DNA of 64,000 bases from assembly GCA_937625935.1 (NCBI GenBank), contig OW569373.1, forward strand, positions 409,357-473,356, given 5' to 3'. The position numbers were made by a program, and so were the translations under genes. The stretch is from Tetramitus jugosus. Lineage: Eukaryota; Protista; Heterolobosea. This document shows positions 1 through 11,988 of this stretch, in pieces (the stretch's first letter is position 1; every line of letters starts with the position of its first letter). The notes beneath the pieces were generated by a model. It was not told the DNA's origin. It searched no databases and worked only from the letters and a program-made list of their open reading frames with translations.

Positions 1-802
1 AAAGAACCAGAGAAAAGGTGATCATTCTGCAGATATCACAGTCATGCTCATTGGTATAGATAATGCTGGTAAAACGAGCATACTATCAGCTCTACAGGGA
101 GAGTGTGACACGAATACGACGCCTACGGTCGGATTCAACAGAGAAACAATCAAGTTTGGCAAGTACAATATTACGTATTTTGATCTGGGTGGAGGCAAGA
201 GCATACGGAAGATTTGGAGAAAGTACTATGCAGCGATTCATGCAGCCATCTTTGTCGTGGACTCTTCAGATGAACAGAGGTTGGAAGAAGCGAGAGAAGT
301 GTTGTTTGAGGCCGTACAGAATCCATTCTTTTGTGGCAAGAGTGTTCTAATACTGGCGAACAAGCAAGATGTGAAAACAGCTCTATCACCGGGTGAGATT
401 GCAGATCACTTACGATTGACTGAATTGACTCAATATGTGTCTAGGTACAATATTCTGCCATGCTCGGCAGTTAACTTTGATAAGAAGGGTGTTGATCCCC
501 AAATCAAAAAGGGTCTTTCGTGGCTTTCTGACTCGATTGACGAAGATTTTGAAGCGTTGAGCAGTCGAATTGACAAGGAGGCAAAGGAGGAGGAAGAACG
601 AGAGAGAAAAGAAAAGGAGGAGAAGATGCAGAGAATACGGGAGAGAAAGGAACGAGAGGCCAGAGAAGAAGAAGAGAGAATCCAAAGAGAAAGGAAAGAA
701 GAAGAGGCTGTCATGGAGAGCCAAGCCAAGGAAGCACATAACAATGCTGTAGCGTCGACAACAGCTACCAGCAGCAGTGTGCAGGACGAATCAAATAAAT
801 AA
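1..802 (+). CDS. ARL13B: ARL13B-like ciliary Arf-like GTPase with C-terminal coiled coil (5' end probably lies outside the window)
   Basis: G1 GIDNAGKT, PTVGF, DLGGG (Gly replacing the usual Gln, typical of ARL13), NKQD, E/K/R-rich coiled-coil tail; frame is open back to base 2 (KNQRKGDHSADITVMLIG). Confidence 0.85.
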   Translation, partial: KNQRKGDHSADITVMLIGIDNAGKTSILSALQGECDTNTTPTVGFNRETIKFGKYNITYFDLGGGKSIRKIWRKYYAAIHAAIFVVDSSDEQRLEEAREVLFEAVQNPFFCGKSVLILANKQDVKTALSPGEIADHLRLTELTQYVSRYNILPCSAVNFDKKGVDPQIKKGLSWLSDSIDEDFEALSSRIDKEAKEEEERERKEKEEKMQRIRERKEREAREEEERIQRERKEEEAVMESQAKEAHNNAVASTTATSSSVQDESNK

Positions 803-988
803 CAGGCTGTCATAAGATTCGCATCTCGTTATTACTATTATTCTCATTTATATGATTGATGATGAGACAATCGTTCATGCAAAGTTTGATAGATAAATCA
901 AAAATATCTCTTTACATGTTTCATTTCGAAAACAACCCACAATATAAGGTGAAATATACAACAACCGAACAATTTCATTCAAAGATTT

Positions 989-2384
989 TTAGAGCTTGCC
1001 TCCCTTTTGAATTCTCAAAAGCTCAGCCTCGGCTTGACCTCTGATTTCAGCGTCAGCCTTGGCCCATTCGTTAACTTGATCTCTGGTCATGTGCTATAAA
1101 ATGGAAAAGTGTCAATTACACCTGGTACAACAAAAATTATGAAAAAAAAGAAACTAAAAATCATCAACATACCTTGAAATCTCTCAAGTCAGTCTCAACA
1201 GTTTGGAATGATCCAAGCAAGCCTTCCCAATCGGAATCCTTGAATCCACCTTCTTGAGCATCTTCCTTCTTCTCACCTTCCTTAGCCTTTTGTTCATCAG
1301 CTTCGAATTCTCTTTGGAGTCTCAAGGAGGAGACTTCAGCTTCAAGAACCTTGGCCTTTCTGTGCATTTCCATAACCTCCTTGAAGACGAGTTCTTCTTC
1401 TCTCTTTTGTGGGGTCAAACCAGCACCACCTTCAATCTTGATGGCATCGGATTCTTCTTGCTTGGCAGACTCTGCTGTGATCCATTCTCTGTTGTATTCA
1501 GTGAGATCATCAGGACCCATTCTCAACTTCTTTCTTTCAGCAGTGTAGTTGGTATCCCAGACGTCATCTTCAATTTCTTGAATAATTTCATCTCTTTGTT
1601 GTGGATAGTATTCATCGAGGAAGTATGGTGAATCAAAGTTGATGATTGGCATACCAAACTCGTCAACTCTCAATAGTTGAGATTCCTTGACAAGTGATTG
1701 AGTGTGAGCCTTGACTAATGGAAGTTTGTCAACCAATTCATCCTTGACAGCATCAAGAATAGGTTGCAAATTCTTGTCAAAACATGTCTCAATGGCATTC
1801 AATTCCAATGTAGGTTGGCTGACCTCAAAAGTCTGATCAAAGTGAGCCTTGATCTCTGAAGCAGTCTTGACACCAATTCTCTTTTCCCAGTCCTTCCAGT
1901 CAATGTCCTCAGTGGATTGAGCAGACTCTTCCAGAGCAGTCTCAACACTGGATGCAGTTCTAAAGAACTTTTCCAATTCGTCCATTCTGGTGGTTTCTCT
2001 GTCAGTTCTGGAGAAAGTCTCAAGGACAATTTTCCAGTCAATGTCAATGGAACCGTCAGCTCCGGTGTGAGTGAAAGCTGGCATCTTGCCACTGAAGCCT
2101 TGTCTCACTTCAGTTTCTGAGAAATCCAAAGCAGAGCGCACAAGCTTAACCATCTCTTCGTCATAGTAAACAGGTTTTGAAAGCTCAGCATTCAAGCTTT
2201 CTTCGTATTGTTCAAAGGTGATGCCAGGATGGCGGCTGACGTATGTTGCTGGACCAAGAGTGGCATTCAACTCCTTGACAACAAGATCAGTTGTCATTCT
2301 TGGAGCATCAGTCAACACTTGCAATGTGGATTGATATCGCTTTTGAGTCGCTTTGACGATTGGTTGATGAACTCTGCGCAACAT
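989..2384 (-). CDS. Mitochondrial protein, probable divergent/extended ATP synthase subunit d; predicted intron 1094-1172
   Basis: N-terminal presequence-like MLRRVHQPIVKATQKRY; DIDWKDWEKRIG resembles the subunit d IDWxxY motif; GT..AG intron joins in phase to a last exon HMTRDQVNEWAKADAEIRGQAEAELLRIQKGGKL*. Confidence 0.5.
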
Positions 2385-2679
2385 TTTTTTTTATTGTTTT
2401 GTAGGAGTAGTGAAAGGGTGAATTGCTGGGTAATGAGCGTTGTGTTGATTTTTTCGATGCATCACGACCGCGAAATTGTGGTCAACTAATTTTTCATTGT
2501 AAGCGGAATAATAATTTATGCCGATGCGGAAGATGTCAAACGAAAAAATGTTTGTTAGTTTTCCAACAATGTATCGAACCACTGCATTATTTGGAGGCAA
2601 ACAACGATGAATACAGACAGCAAGGCCAAAAAAGAGGCAAAGAAAAAAATGAACATTTTAAGTGTTAGATTAACATCCA

Positions 2680-2762
2680 GCACTCTTGTCCGAGCGGTCA
2701 AGGAGCCTGACTAGAAATCAGGTACGGGAAACCGTGCGTAGGTTCAAATCCTACAGAGTGCG
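2680..2762 (+). tRNA. tRNA-Ser(AGA)
   Basis: Acceptor GCACTCT/AGAGTGC, anticodon arm CCTGA-CTAGAAA-TCAGG, long variable arm, GGTTCAAATCC T-loop, downstream T-run. Confidence 0.95.
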
Positions 2763-2821
2763 ATCAATGTTTTAATTTTCTGAGAAACTTCAATTAATCT
2801 AGTTGCCTGACTCTTCCGTGT

Positions 2822-4308
2822 TCAAGGCAGCAATTTTATTACAAGCTCATACACAGCGAAACCGATGCCAGAGGCAGGGAAACTGCGCAAGACAGTTGGT
2901 CCAATACCTCCAGCAAAGCCCTTCAATCCGTGGCTCTTGTAAATAGCATTGGCACATTGGAAAATGTTCTTGAATTGTTTAGGTCGACCCTTGTCATCAG
3001 TTTCCTGAATCTGAATAATTGATTTGCACACGTCGATTGGATGAACAGACGCATGGTACACCATACCCGCCAATCCACCTGACAGAATGACAGTGGCAAT
3101 ATTGGCACCACCATGTGAACTTCCATTCTCGGATCCTTCATTGTCATGCTCCGATATTCCAAACTGTCTCTTTAACGATTCATACACGAAAAAGTAGACA
3201 CCATAACCAGGAACATCGCGCAATAAAGTGGGCACCATACCGAGATAAATACCTCTCAGACCTCCTGCTCTCATTGTGCTCTTGAACACATCAAAGGTTG
3301 TTAGTTGTTTTACACTGGTGGATGCAGCAGAGGAACCGTGCCCCAGACCCATGACTTGCATCTTGTTCTTGACAACATCGACTGGACAGGTCACAATGGT
3401 CGATGCCAATCCTCCAATGGCACCCGCATAGAAATAGTAGGGCAGAGGGAGAGCAGTCATCGGATGACCGTGTTCGCTCTTGAAGAAGGTCTTTTGGAAG
3501 TGAGCCAACGATCTCTCATATCCTCCGAATCTATATTATTTCACATTCACCAATAATAACAATAAAAACAATTACAAAAGTTAAATCTCTGGATATCATC
3601 GCCTTTTCATCAACAGAAAATCAAACTTACAGAACAGCATTTAGTAAGGCACTACCGGCCAATGGCGACGCCAAACCACTAAATAATCCCTTATACTATG
3701 GGAGCACAGTGTCAGTGTACGTTCGTTCAACGTTGTATCAAACAAATTAGTCCTCTTGAAAATGCAACAACAAACAAAATGCACACACGTATCGATCTAA
3801 CATTCCACACATACACCTTCATGTTTGACAATATTTTTCATAACAGAAAAAGTGCCTTGCTTGGCAGCTTCACGATGAATCTTCATTCTCGTTGACACAA
3901 TATCCAACGGATAACCAGCAACCTCTTCACTCATACCTGCTAACGTTCCAGAAATACCAGATTTTCCAATCGAGGCAACCACTCTTGTCAACGCACGTCT
4001 TTAATCATTGACACAACAAACGCAACAAAAGTTAGTAAAGCGTAAATGCAAAATTTTCAGCGACAAGGAAAAAAATCAATGGTACTCACGTTAAACCAGC
4101 GGCCATGCCACCAATTGGGGACTCCTTAGCTCTCGCCTCTTGAAATGTGAAAAATGGAGGACACTGTAAGCAATAAACTCAAAGTACACAAAAAACAAAA
4201 AGACACAATGCGAATCATACCTTGCTCTTCAATTGTGTGAACTCCAGGAATTGAAGTGATCGGCACATGTTCATGGTCCTTACGACGATGATCTGATGAT
4301 GATGTCAT
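2822..4308 (-). CDS. Mitochondrial carrier (SLC25, carnitine/basic amino acid carrier-like), multi-exon
   Basis: Three carrier signature-like motifs (PLDIVSTR, PVDVVKNK, PIDVCKS), RDVPGYGVYF and RSFP; short ORFs at 4126-4308 and 3797-3991 are linked by GT-AG introns. Confidence 0.9.
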
Positions 4309-4651
4309 TATTTACTTGTTGTTTTTTGTTTGTGGTGAAGCTTGAGCTTGCAATTCAATTTTTTATTTTTGGGGAATTTTGTTCCAAAAGCTTGACAGAT
4401 GAGGCTGAACATCCCTCTTCCTTCGAGGGAGAATACCCGAACTCCTAACAAGTGGACATTGACATACAACTAGTGAATTGGGGTCATATGGTGGTGTGAC
4501 CTGTGTGTGGGTTAACATGAATGAAGAGATCTCTCAATTGTAAATTTTGGTGATGTTATCCCGCAAACTTGGACTCTCAAAAGCCCGACTTTTGTCCCAT
4601 CTGAACGTGTTCAATCTGAACAATAAAAAAAAACGAAACCACTCTCAAGAT

Positions 4652-6965
4652 ATGGCGTCACCATCATCAGATAGAGAAGTAGCTTTAAAAAAGGTCCGGG
4701 AAGATTTACTGAAGCTTGCTGATGACAGAAAAAATAACTATGAAAAGTTTCTGCAGACTCTGTACGGTTCAGAGTATGGAAACTCAGAGGAAGACTTGCG
4801 CAGGATTATCGAAGGGGTAGGTATAAGTTAGTGCTTTATTATTATTATTTTTGCTGTTGGTTTTTTGAGCTGTACAGGTTACTGACTGAACAATTTTAGG
4901 ATGCAAGCACGGTAGGTATTTTTTTGTAATCCATTACATTTTTTTTTCAGTTGTTGTTTCAATAGGAGGCTTAGTTGTGTGTGTTATGCTATTATTGGTT
5001 CAGCTTCAAAATCTTTTCTCTGCGGTTGTGGAGCACGAAAACTTGGATGTCCTGCATCTCATATGTGGTCAGTGTAAAAATCAAGTATGTCACTTTGTTT
5101 ATTGTGTCTTGGTGAACAACGAACCAACAATATTCACTCACTCACTCATCCTATCTGAACAGAATTCTGCTTCCGTGCTTCTCTCTGTTGCAGCCGATTT
5201 TGGAGATACGGATATGATCACTGAAGTGTTGAAAGAATATCCTGCCATTTTCCCCCCAGCCGAAACCCATGATAGCGAAGAAAATACTGAAGAGGATAAG
5301 AGTGAAAATGAAGAGACATCGGACGTGACGACTTGTTCTACACAACAGGACATGTCAATGCCTGCATGTGTCTCTCCTGGATCTCCAGCAACCGCTACAA
5401 CATTTGAGAGTGTAGTTGATGATGACAATAAGATGAATATCATAGATACTACAGATGCGAGAGCGACACTGACATTGTCTGAAATGTACGAACAAAATAA
5501 TTATTTGGATTTTGATCAGAACTTGTCAAAGAATGAATTTTGGAGTTTCACCAGAGGGGATGGCAGTTGGAAGGACACGATATCGGAATATGCTTCGGAG
5601 CCACGACCGAACCCTGATCGCAAATATGAAGTTATCTATGTAAATTATAAGAAGGATTGGAAGCTTCAAAAGATAGTGACCGGCGCAAAGAAAATATTTA
5701 AAAAGAGCACTGATTTTGTTACGCTTCTCATGAACTTAACAGACTATGTACATGACAAAATGGGCGGCGACAACTCTAGTAACATCATTCAGTTCGCTAC
5801 TGAGAGGAGCAAACAATACAGACACTATATTGACAATTTAATGAAGGTCAACTCGTCGTGCGTAGTCCATCTTGGGGATATCCAGTTTGGTGTATGTAAA
5901 CACCGAGCAATGTTGTTTAAAGTTATTTGTGACAAGTGGTACAACAGTGAATATGGCTGCAAGTTTCGGGTAATGTCTCGTCTTGTGAGAGGACATTATA
6001 GTGATCAGAAACTCTCTCAGCCTCACGCGTGGAATACTGTTTATAATCCAGAGGATGGGAGATATTATGTCGTTGATTGCATGATGCCACATAGCTCTAG
6101 AGTTTTTGCTGCGGACGATGCACTTTCATCCAGGTACTCCTTCGATCGCACAAAGGGAAGTGTTGGGGGATCATCAATTCGGAATATGTCTTCCCTTGAT
6201 CTCAACACTCTCAAAACCATACCCAATCATCCTAAAATAAGTACCCGTTTAGACAATAATGTGGAAATTGAGTTTGTGTCGAGTAGTTCTGGACAACAAG
6301 AATATGCGAAAAAGATTCTTTCGATGGATAACAAACTTCGCCAACACTCGTTACGTGAGTTGGAGATTATGACATTTCTGAATCATGAATACTTGCTCAG
6401 CCCTCAATATATTCAAGTGACAAAGGACAGTGCAATTGTCATCACAAAGCGAATGACAATGAGCTGTGACAAATTCTTGAATGAAGAACGTTCGTTTGAT
6501 CCTAGCAAGCAGCAAGTGATTCATATACTGCGGAAGGTTGCTATAGCAGTTGAATATATGCACAACGTTGGTATCATACATTATGACATCAAGCCAGCCA
6601 ACATTTTACTGAATGTTCAAGATGGAGACATTGAGTCTGTGAAGTTGATCGACTTTGGTGCAGCGAGGTTGAAAAGTGAAACCATGATGAATGTTCGTCA
6701 TGAGCTCACGCATCGATATGCTCCACCAGAAGCCAAGCAACCAGGAAATCAAGCTACTTTTAGCAAGGAGTTTGATTGCTTCAGTTTTGGAGTGACTTTG
6801 GGAGAATTGTGCACAAAAAAGAAATCCAAGGGTGCATTAACGCGTGAAGACTTTCCAGAAGAATTCAAAGACCTGGTTGCTCTCTACAAGGAATGTACTT
6901 GCTCCAACCGAATATGTCGTCCTCCTTTCACTTCTATTGTCGCCAAACTGGAAGAGCGAGAATAA
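4652..6965 (+). CDS. EDR1/CTR1-type peptidase-like domain plus Ser/Thr kinase; 5' exons interrupted by introns
   Basis: GVCKHRAMLFKVICD...SRLVRG...HAWNTV...YVVDCM (EDR1 domain); kinase AKK, HYDIKPAN, DFG, YAPPE, DCFSFG. Confidence 0.8.
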
Positions 6966-7127
6966 TTGAGGATGTATTTCTCTGAATTGTAAAACGATAA
7001 CATTACAAAAATAGCTCAACCATTTGATGATTCCCCGAGGCTCGCTTCCACATAAAACTGGACGAATTATTTACTTGCAAGCAACTCAACTCTCGACTGG
7101 CCAAAAGAAATAGTTCAACTCGACATC

Positions 7128-8447
7128 ATGGCATCTCTGGGCTCAAGAAAGAAGCAAGTGCTCCTCATTCCCACAACCTCTGATTTTCACTTTTACACGA
7201 CTATACGAAGCTTTGGTTTCTATGCTTTGGCACCCAACGTGTTTGATAAGGTGAATGAAATCTTTTCTCGTCCAATGCACATTGGTCAAAAAGTTGTTCA
7301 TATCCAAGTGAAGCATGTCACTCCTCCCAACGGTAGTGATACCAAGGAGAATACAATTGGTGAGAGTGCAAACAAAGGAGAAGAAACCCCGCTGTCACCA
7401 TCACAGTCACAGTCAGATGCAAACTCTCAGGAAACATCGTCAGTAGATTCTTTGAGTGGTCAACCCTTGTTACATCACTTGAGAGTCGATTGTAGCTTAT
7501 TGAGTGGAGATGCAGCCGAAAGTGTTGCTGTTGAGCAATCGTCCTCGGTCATTAGTGATTCAACAGAATTGCTCGACAAGCAAGGAATTGACATGTTAAA
7601 GGGTCAGTTGAATCGCATGTTTCGTCTGGACTTTGACATAACCGAGTTCCACTCAGTGTTTCCTACTGCTAAGACTGTTGGTTTTGGTCGTTCTTTTCGA
7701 TCCCCCAATCTCTTTGAAGATTGCATCAAAACCTTTACAAATTGCAATACAACATTCCAAAACACCAAAATGATGAATAAGTTGTTGTGCGAACAAGTGG
7801 GAACTCATGGAGCGTTTCCAACTGTTGCACAATTGGCCAATATTGATGAAAAGGAATTGATGGAAAAGTGTAAAGTGGGTTACCGTGCCAAGAGAATGAT
7901 TCAATTTGCAAAGGGAGTAGAAGATGGATCCATTGACTTGAATTGGTTGGAGAGAGCCGATACAACATCAGATGAAGTCAAGAAAAAGTTGTTATCATTG
8001 AATGGATTTGGTGAATTCTCGGCCAACAATGTGTTACAACTGCTGGGCCATTATGAGCAAATTCCAGCTGATTCAGAAACGGCTAGGTATTTGAGAGAAA
8101 GACACAACCACTCCCTAACATCCAAGGAGTCAAAGATGGTGGCTCAGAAGGCACAAGAAGTGTTTCAAGTCTACTCACCATATCAGTTTCTGGTCTACTG
8201 GTTCGAGTTGTACAAGTTCCATAACAGGGCACAGAACGATCAAGTACTAACCCAAGCAGAAGAAAAGGGCTTTGGTCGAGGTTCTAAAACACCACCCAAA
8301 AAGAAGAGAACAAAGAATAATAACGAAGACGACAGCAACAAAAAGCCCAGGAAGTCACCCAGAAAAACTCCACCTCCATCACCAGCAACACCGACTCGAA
8401 TTACACGAAGCATGTCTAAGCTGAGTACGAACACAATTACACCGTAA
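7128..8447 (+). CDS. HhH-GPD DNA glycosylase family protein
   Basis: RSPNLFED, GAFPT, VGYRAKR, HhH LLSLNGFGEFSANNVL, IPADSE; basic NLS-like tail. Confidence 0.85.
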   Translation: MASLGSRKKQVLLIPTTSDFHFYTTIRSFGFYALAPNVFDKVNEIFSRPMHIGQKVVHIQVKHVTPPNGSDTKENTIGESANKGEETPLSPSQSQSDANSQETSSVDSLSGQPLLHHLRVDCSLLSGDAAESVAVEQSSSVISDSTELLDKQGIDMLKGQLNRMFRLDFDITEFHSVFPTAKTVGFGRSFRSPNLFEDCIKTFTNCNTTFQNTKMMNKLLCEQVGTHGAFPTVAQLANIDEKELMEKCKVGYRAKRMIQFAKGVEDGSIDLNWLERADTTSDEVKKKLLSLNGFGEFSANNVLQLLGHYEQIPADSETARYLRERHNHSLTSKESKMVAQKAQEVFQVYSPYQFLVYWFELYKFHNRAQNDQVLTQAEEKGFGRGSKTPPKKKRTKNNNEDDSNKKPRKSPRKTPPPSPATPTRITRSMSKLSTNTITP

Positions 8448-8457
8448 ATATGTTTCC

Positions 8458-9810
8458 TTACACCTCGTCTTCGGCTTTATTTCGAATATTATGCTGTTCT
8501 CTGTATTCATCCACCTCCTTCTTCAAATCATTCAACTTCTTTTGAATTCGATTAGCAATGAGAATGTATGTATCATCCTGGTTTGTCTTTCCATTCTTGA
8601 AATCCTCAATCAGATCATCAAATCGAATTTCTCTACCGAGCTTGACAACGACATGCGCTCCAAAGCTTGGAAGCCACTTTCGTTCACTCTTCACACCTTC
8701 CATACCTCTATGATAGATTGGATAGACTCTTGGAGTGGGATCACTGTCTAGAATGAGCTTACCGACACCACGACGAATCGTATGAATCTCACCATCCTGC
8801 TTTATATATCCCTCTGGAAATACACTGATCCAGTGACCAGAACTCAGCTTGTTAATCGCAATATCCATTGCAGATTGATTAATGGAACCTCCACGTTGCA
8901 TTGGCAGAATACGCAACGTTTTTGCCACTTCAGCAAACACAAAATTGGCAAAACATTGATCGGCAGCACAGATGGGAGAACGCAAAATTTCAGGATTGAA
9001 ATACCACGTGCTAGGAATCAAATTGGCAAACAAGAATGGTTCATCCATCATACTGGCATGATTCAACACTGTCAACAAGCCTGGAACTTTGACGTGCGAC
9101 TCTGTTAGCTCTTGTTGTTCTTGACCACCTCCATTGTCCTTGTTTTCTTGTTGTTCACCATGCTCTGTCAATGAAGAAGAAGAAGCAGCAGCTGCTTCTC
9201 TTTTGATTCTCTGCAGGTTCAACCAATGAACCCAAACCAAATCTTCAAAAGACTCTCTATTGATAAATGTAATGGTATGGAAGAGCTTCATCCATGCTTT
9301 GCACATGTAACCAAAGAAGACTGTGGCAGCTATTGAAAAGATTTTTCTTGTTGTGGTCACATTGTCAAACTCAAAGTGATGTGGCTGCTTGTAGTCCCAA
9401 TAGTTGTGAATCTCTGAGCTTTTTGCTTTTGCGTCATTGTCATCGTTGCCGTTGCCGCCGCCACTACTGCTGTTGCTTGATTCATGATTATTGGCGCCAA
9501 TCGTTGCGGAGTCGGAGGAATTGCGGAAAAATAGAGAGTTCAAGTTTTGGATGGTGTGATGTGGATGATGAGATGAAAACATTGGTGACATCAATGACTG
9601 AGAGGAGTTGTTGCTGGTGGTAGTGAAACGAGAGAAGAATGAAGTCTTGTCAGAGGATGACGCCAAAAAAGATTGAAAAGCTTGACGCATCGAGTCCCAT
9701 GGGATCACTTCATCATTGTTGTTATTCGCTGTTGTTGGAAAAATATGATGTTTGCTTGTTTTAAAGGTAAACAGTGATGATGGTGTTGGAGGATCGTTGT
9801 TGCTGGACAT
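8458..9810 (-). CDS. TAZ: Tafazzin (phospholipid transacylase)
   Basis: NHASMMDEP (HxxxxD), CAADQCF, PMQRGGSINQ, WISVFPEG, GVGKLI. Confidence 0.9.
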   Translation of the reverse strand: MSSNNDPPTPSSLFTFKTSKHHIFPTTANNNNDEVIPWDSMRQAFQSFLASSSDKTSFFSRFTTTSNNSSQSLMSPMFSSHHPHHTIQNLNSLFFRNSSDSATIGANNHESSNSSSGGGNGNDDNDAKAKSSEIHNYWDYKQPHHFEFDNVTTTRKIFSIAATVFFGYMCKAWMKLFHTITFINRESFEDLVWVHWLNLQRIKREAAAASSSSLTEHGEQQENKDNGGGQEQQELTESHVKVPGLLTVLNHASMMDEPFLFANLIPSTWYFNPEILRSPICAADQCFANFVFAEVAKTLRILPMQRGGSINQSAMDIAINKLSSGHWISVFPEGYIKQDGEIHTIRRGVGKLILDSDPTPRVYPIYHRGMEGVKSERKWLPSFGAHVVVKLGREIRFDDLIEDFKNGKTNQDDTYILIANRIQKKLNDLKKEVDEYREQHNIRNKAEDEV

Positions 9811-9887
9811 TTGCTTTTTTTTTTATTCTTGTGTGGAAAATTGTTTTTTCCGATTGATCACTTTTTGTTTCCTTCCTTGTTGAGTGT

Positions 9888-11785
9888 TTAGTAGGCAACG
9901 CCTTCAATGAGAGATTTGGATGTTGGATCGTAGAAGCGAAGCAAGATTTGATCGTACATGTTCTCTGCAATTTGCTCACGTGCATCCACATCATTGATCG
10001 TGTTCAAGTATTGTTCCTTGGCATCAGTGACTGTCTCCTTTGTTAATTCGTGCATGCCTATACCAGATGGATAGAATGGCTCACCATCAATGCCAATGAT
10101 AACAGGTATCCAGTTGATCTTGTTTGCCCTAATGAGCGCCATCTTCTTAAACTTGGCACTTAATTCCTCAGCAATCACTTCAAAGTCTTCAACTGAGCTT
10201 GTTCTAATGAATCGTTCAGCGTAGGCACGAAGTTCTTCTTGGTTTGCAGGATTACTGACATATTCCTTTTGAATAGGTGACAAATAATCAGTCATTTCAT
10301 CTTCCATCAGAGAAGGGTTCAACACTTGTTCATTAAATAGTTCTGCACCAGCATTCATAAAGGTTTGAATTCCTTGCTGTATCATGGAATCCATTCTTGG
10401 GTTTTGCAAATGGATAGTACTCTTCAATGCAAACTTTGGATTCAATACTCGGCGAAGCTCACTTGGTAGAGCAAGGGCGTTCTCTGCACCAGAGAGATTC
10501 TCACCATATGCAGCGTGCACTCTTTGAGAGAAGGATTGTCCGTTATTGGACAGGGAGTCTAGTGCGGAAATATAGTGTGTATCCTCATAGAATCCAAGGG
10601 CGCGGCTCTCACTTTGACGAAGTGCCTCATCAAAATCGTTCAACACAATGTGTTCATAGACATCTTCAGTCTTCTTTTCCTCCAACGTACTTCTGAAATG
10701 AACCTTAATCTTCTCGTTGATGGCAATCCAAAATTCGTTCTGTTCTGCTTCGGATAGTTTCGGCAATGCATTTTTGATTAGGGAGATAGGAACATGCTTC
10801 TTCGAATATTTTTCTTGGTCATATGGTGGTAGAGTAAAGAACTTTCTATCCAACATCACCTGATAAACTTCGAGAACTCTCACTGGATTATAAAGCTTGT
10901 GACATAATTGGATCAATTGATAGAAAACGGATAAATAAGCAGGGTTTGGTTTCGAGTTTCTTGTCACCCGCAACATCTCCTTCAAGAAGAAGAATCCTCT
11001 GCCCAAGTGTTCATTCAAGATGCAACAATCCATCAATCTGTTGAAAGTGACACTACTTGGTGTTATTCTTTGCTTTTGCATGTCGTTATAAATCTGAACC
11101 ACTTCGCCCATATAACCAATGTTCTTTGAGAATGTTTTGATGAGAGCAGTGTAAACTCTAACATCAGGTGATGCGGTAAATCGATGATATGCCTCAACAG
11201 CTGATTTGGTATCACCCGTCTTTGAAGCATCAAAAATTTGTTTTGCTAATTCCTTATTTCTATTGTTCATCTGGTGATCCTTTTGAACACCACTTGGGTT
11301 CAATTCCTTGTTCTTCTCAGCCAAAATCTTCTTGTTAGCTTTTGCGTTTGGAGTGAATCCATACACTGTTCTTGGTTGATTTGCCTTGTATTCGAACGAG
11401 TTCTTTCTTGGTCCTTCGACTCTATCCATTTCAACCTTGCCAAAATCCACTTTCGGGAAAAGTGTTCTGTGTGGCTTGCCCTTTGCTGGTTTACGTGGTC
11501 CCTTTGATCGACCCTTCTTTGTTCTCAACTGCGTTTGGAATGCGGCTAAACATTTGAGAAAAGGTGGTGGTTATTTAGCAATCGCTCAATCATTATCCAA
11601 TCGTCTCACACACAAGAATGAAAAAATGCAACTTGCATTTTCACACAAAAAAGCAAAAAGTGCGATGAGAGACATTGCAAAAGAATGCACATACCTGGAA
11701 ACAAAACTGATGAGGAGTGAGTAGTATGGCTCAATGGTTTGCCACAAATGAGTGCATTCTTAAATAACAGCTGTCTGGTCAACAT
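9888..11785 (-). CDS. Mitochondrial pentatricopeptide-repeat protein; first exon 11695-11785 (MLTRQLLFKNAL...) spliced onto the long ORF
   Basis: PPR motifs PDVRVYTALIKTF and PSSVTFNRLMDCC; CAG|GTATGT donor and TTTAG acceptor join in frame; presequence-like N-terminus. Confidence 0.75.
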
Positions 11786-11988
11786 TTTTCACAGGGTGAT
11801 GTCGTCTTGTTCGATTTCTGCGCTGCAAAAATTTTTGTTGTAACAGGTTGACTTTGCTTTTTTTTACTTTGGTTGAAGTTTCAATGCGAAAAATTTGCTC
11901 GCGACAGTCGGATTCTTTGCTGGCGAACGTTTTGTATTATTTTGATCTCTCTGCCCACACAAAGAAACTACAATAACTAGTTCAAATT

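Noticed and set aside
410-813. Antisense ORFs over ARL13B and similar shadow ORFs over other genes
   Set aside because: Low-complexity mirror frames of real coding regions
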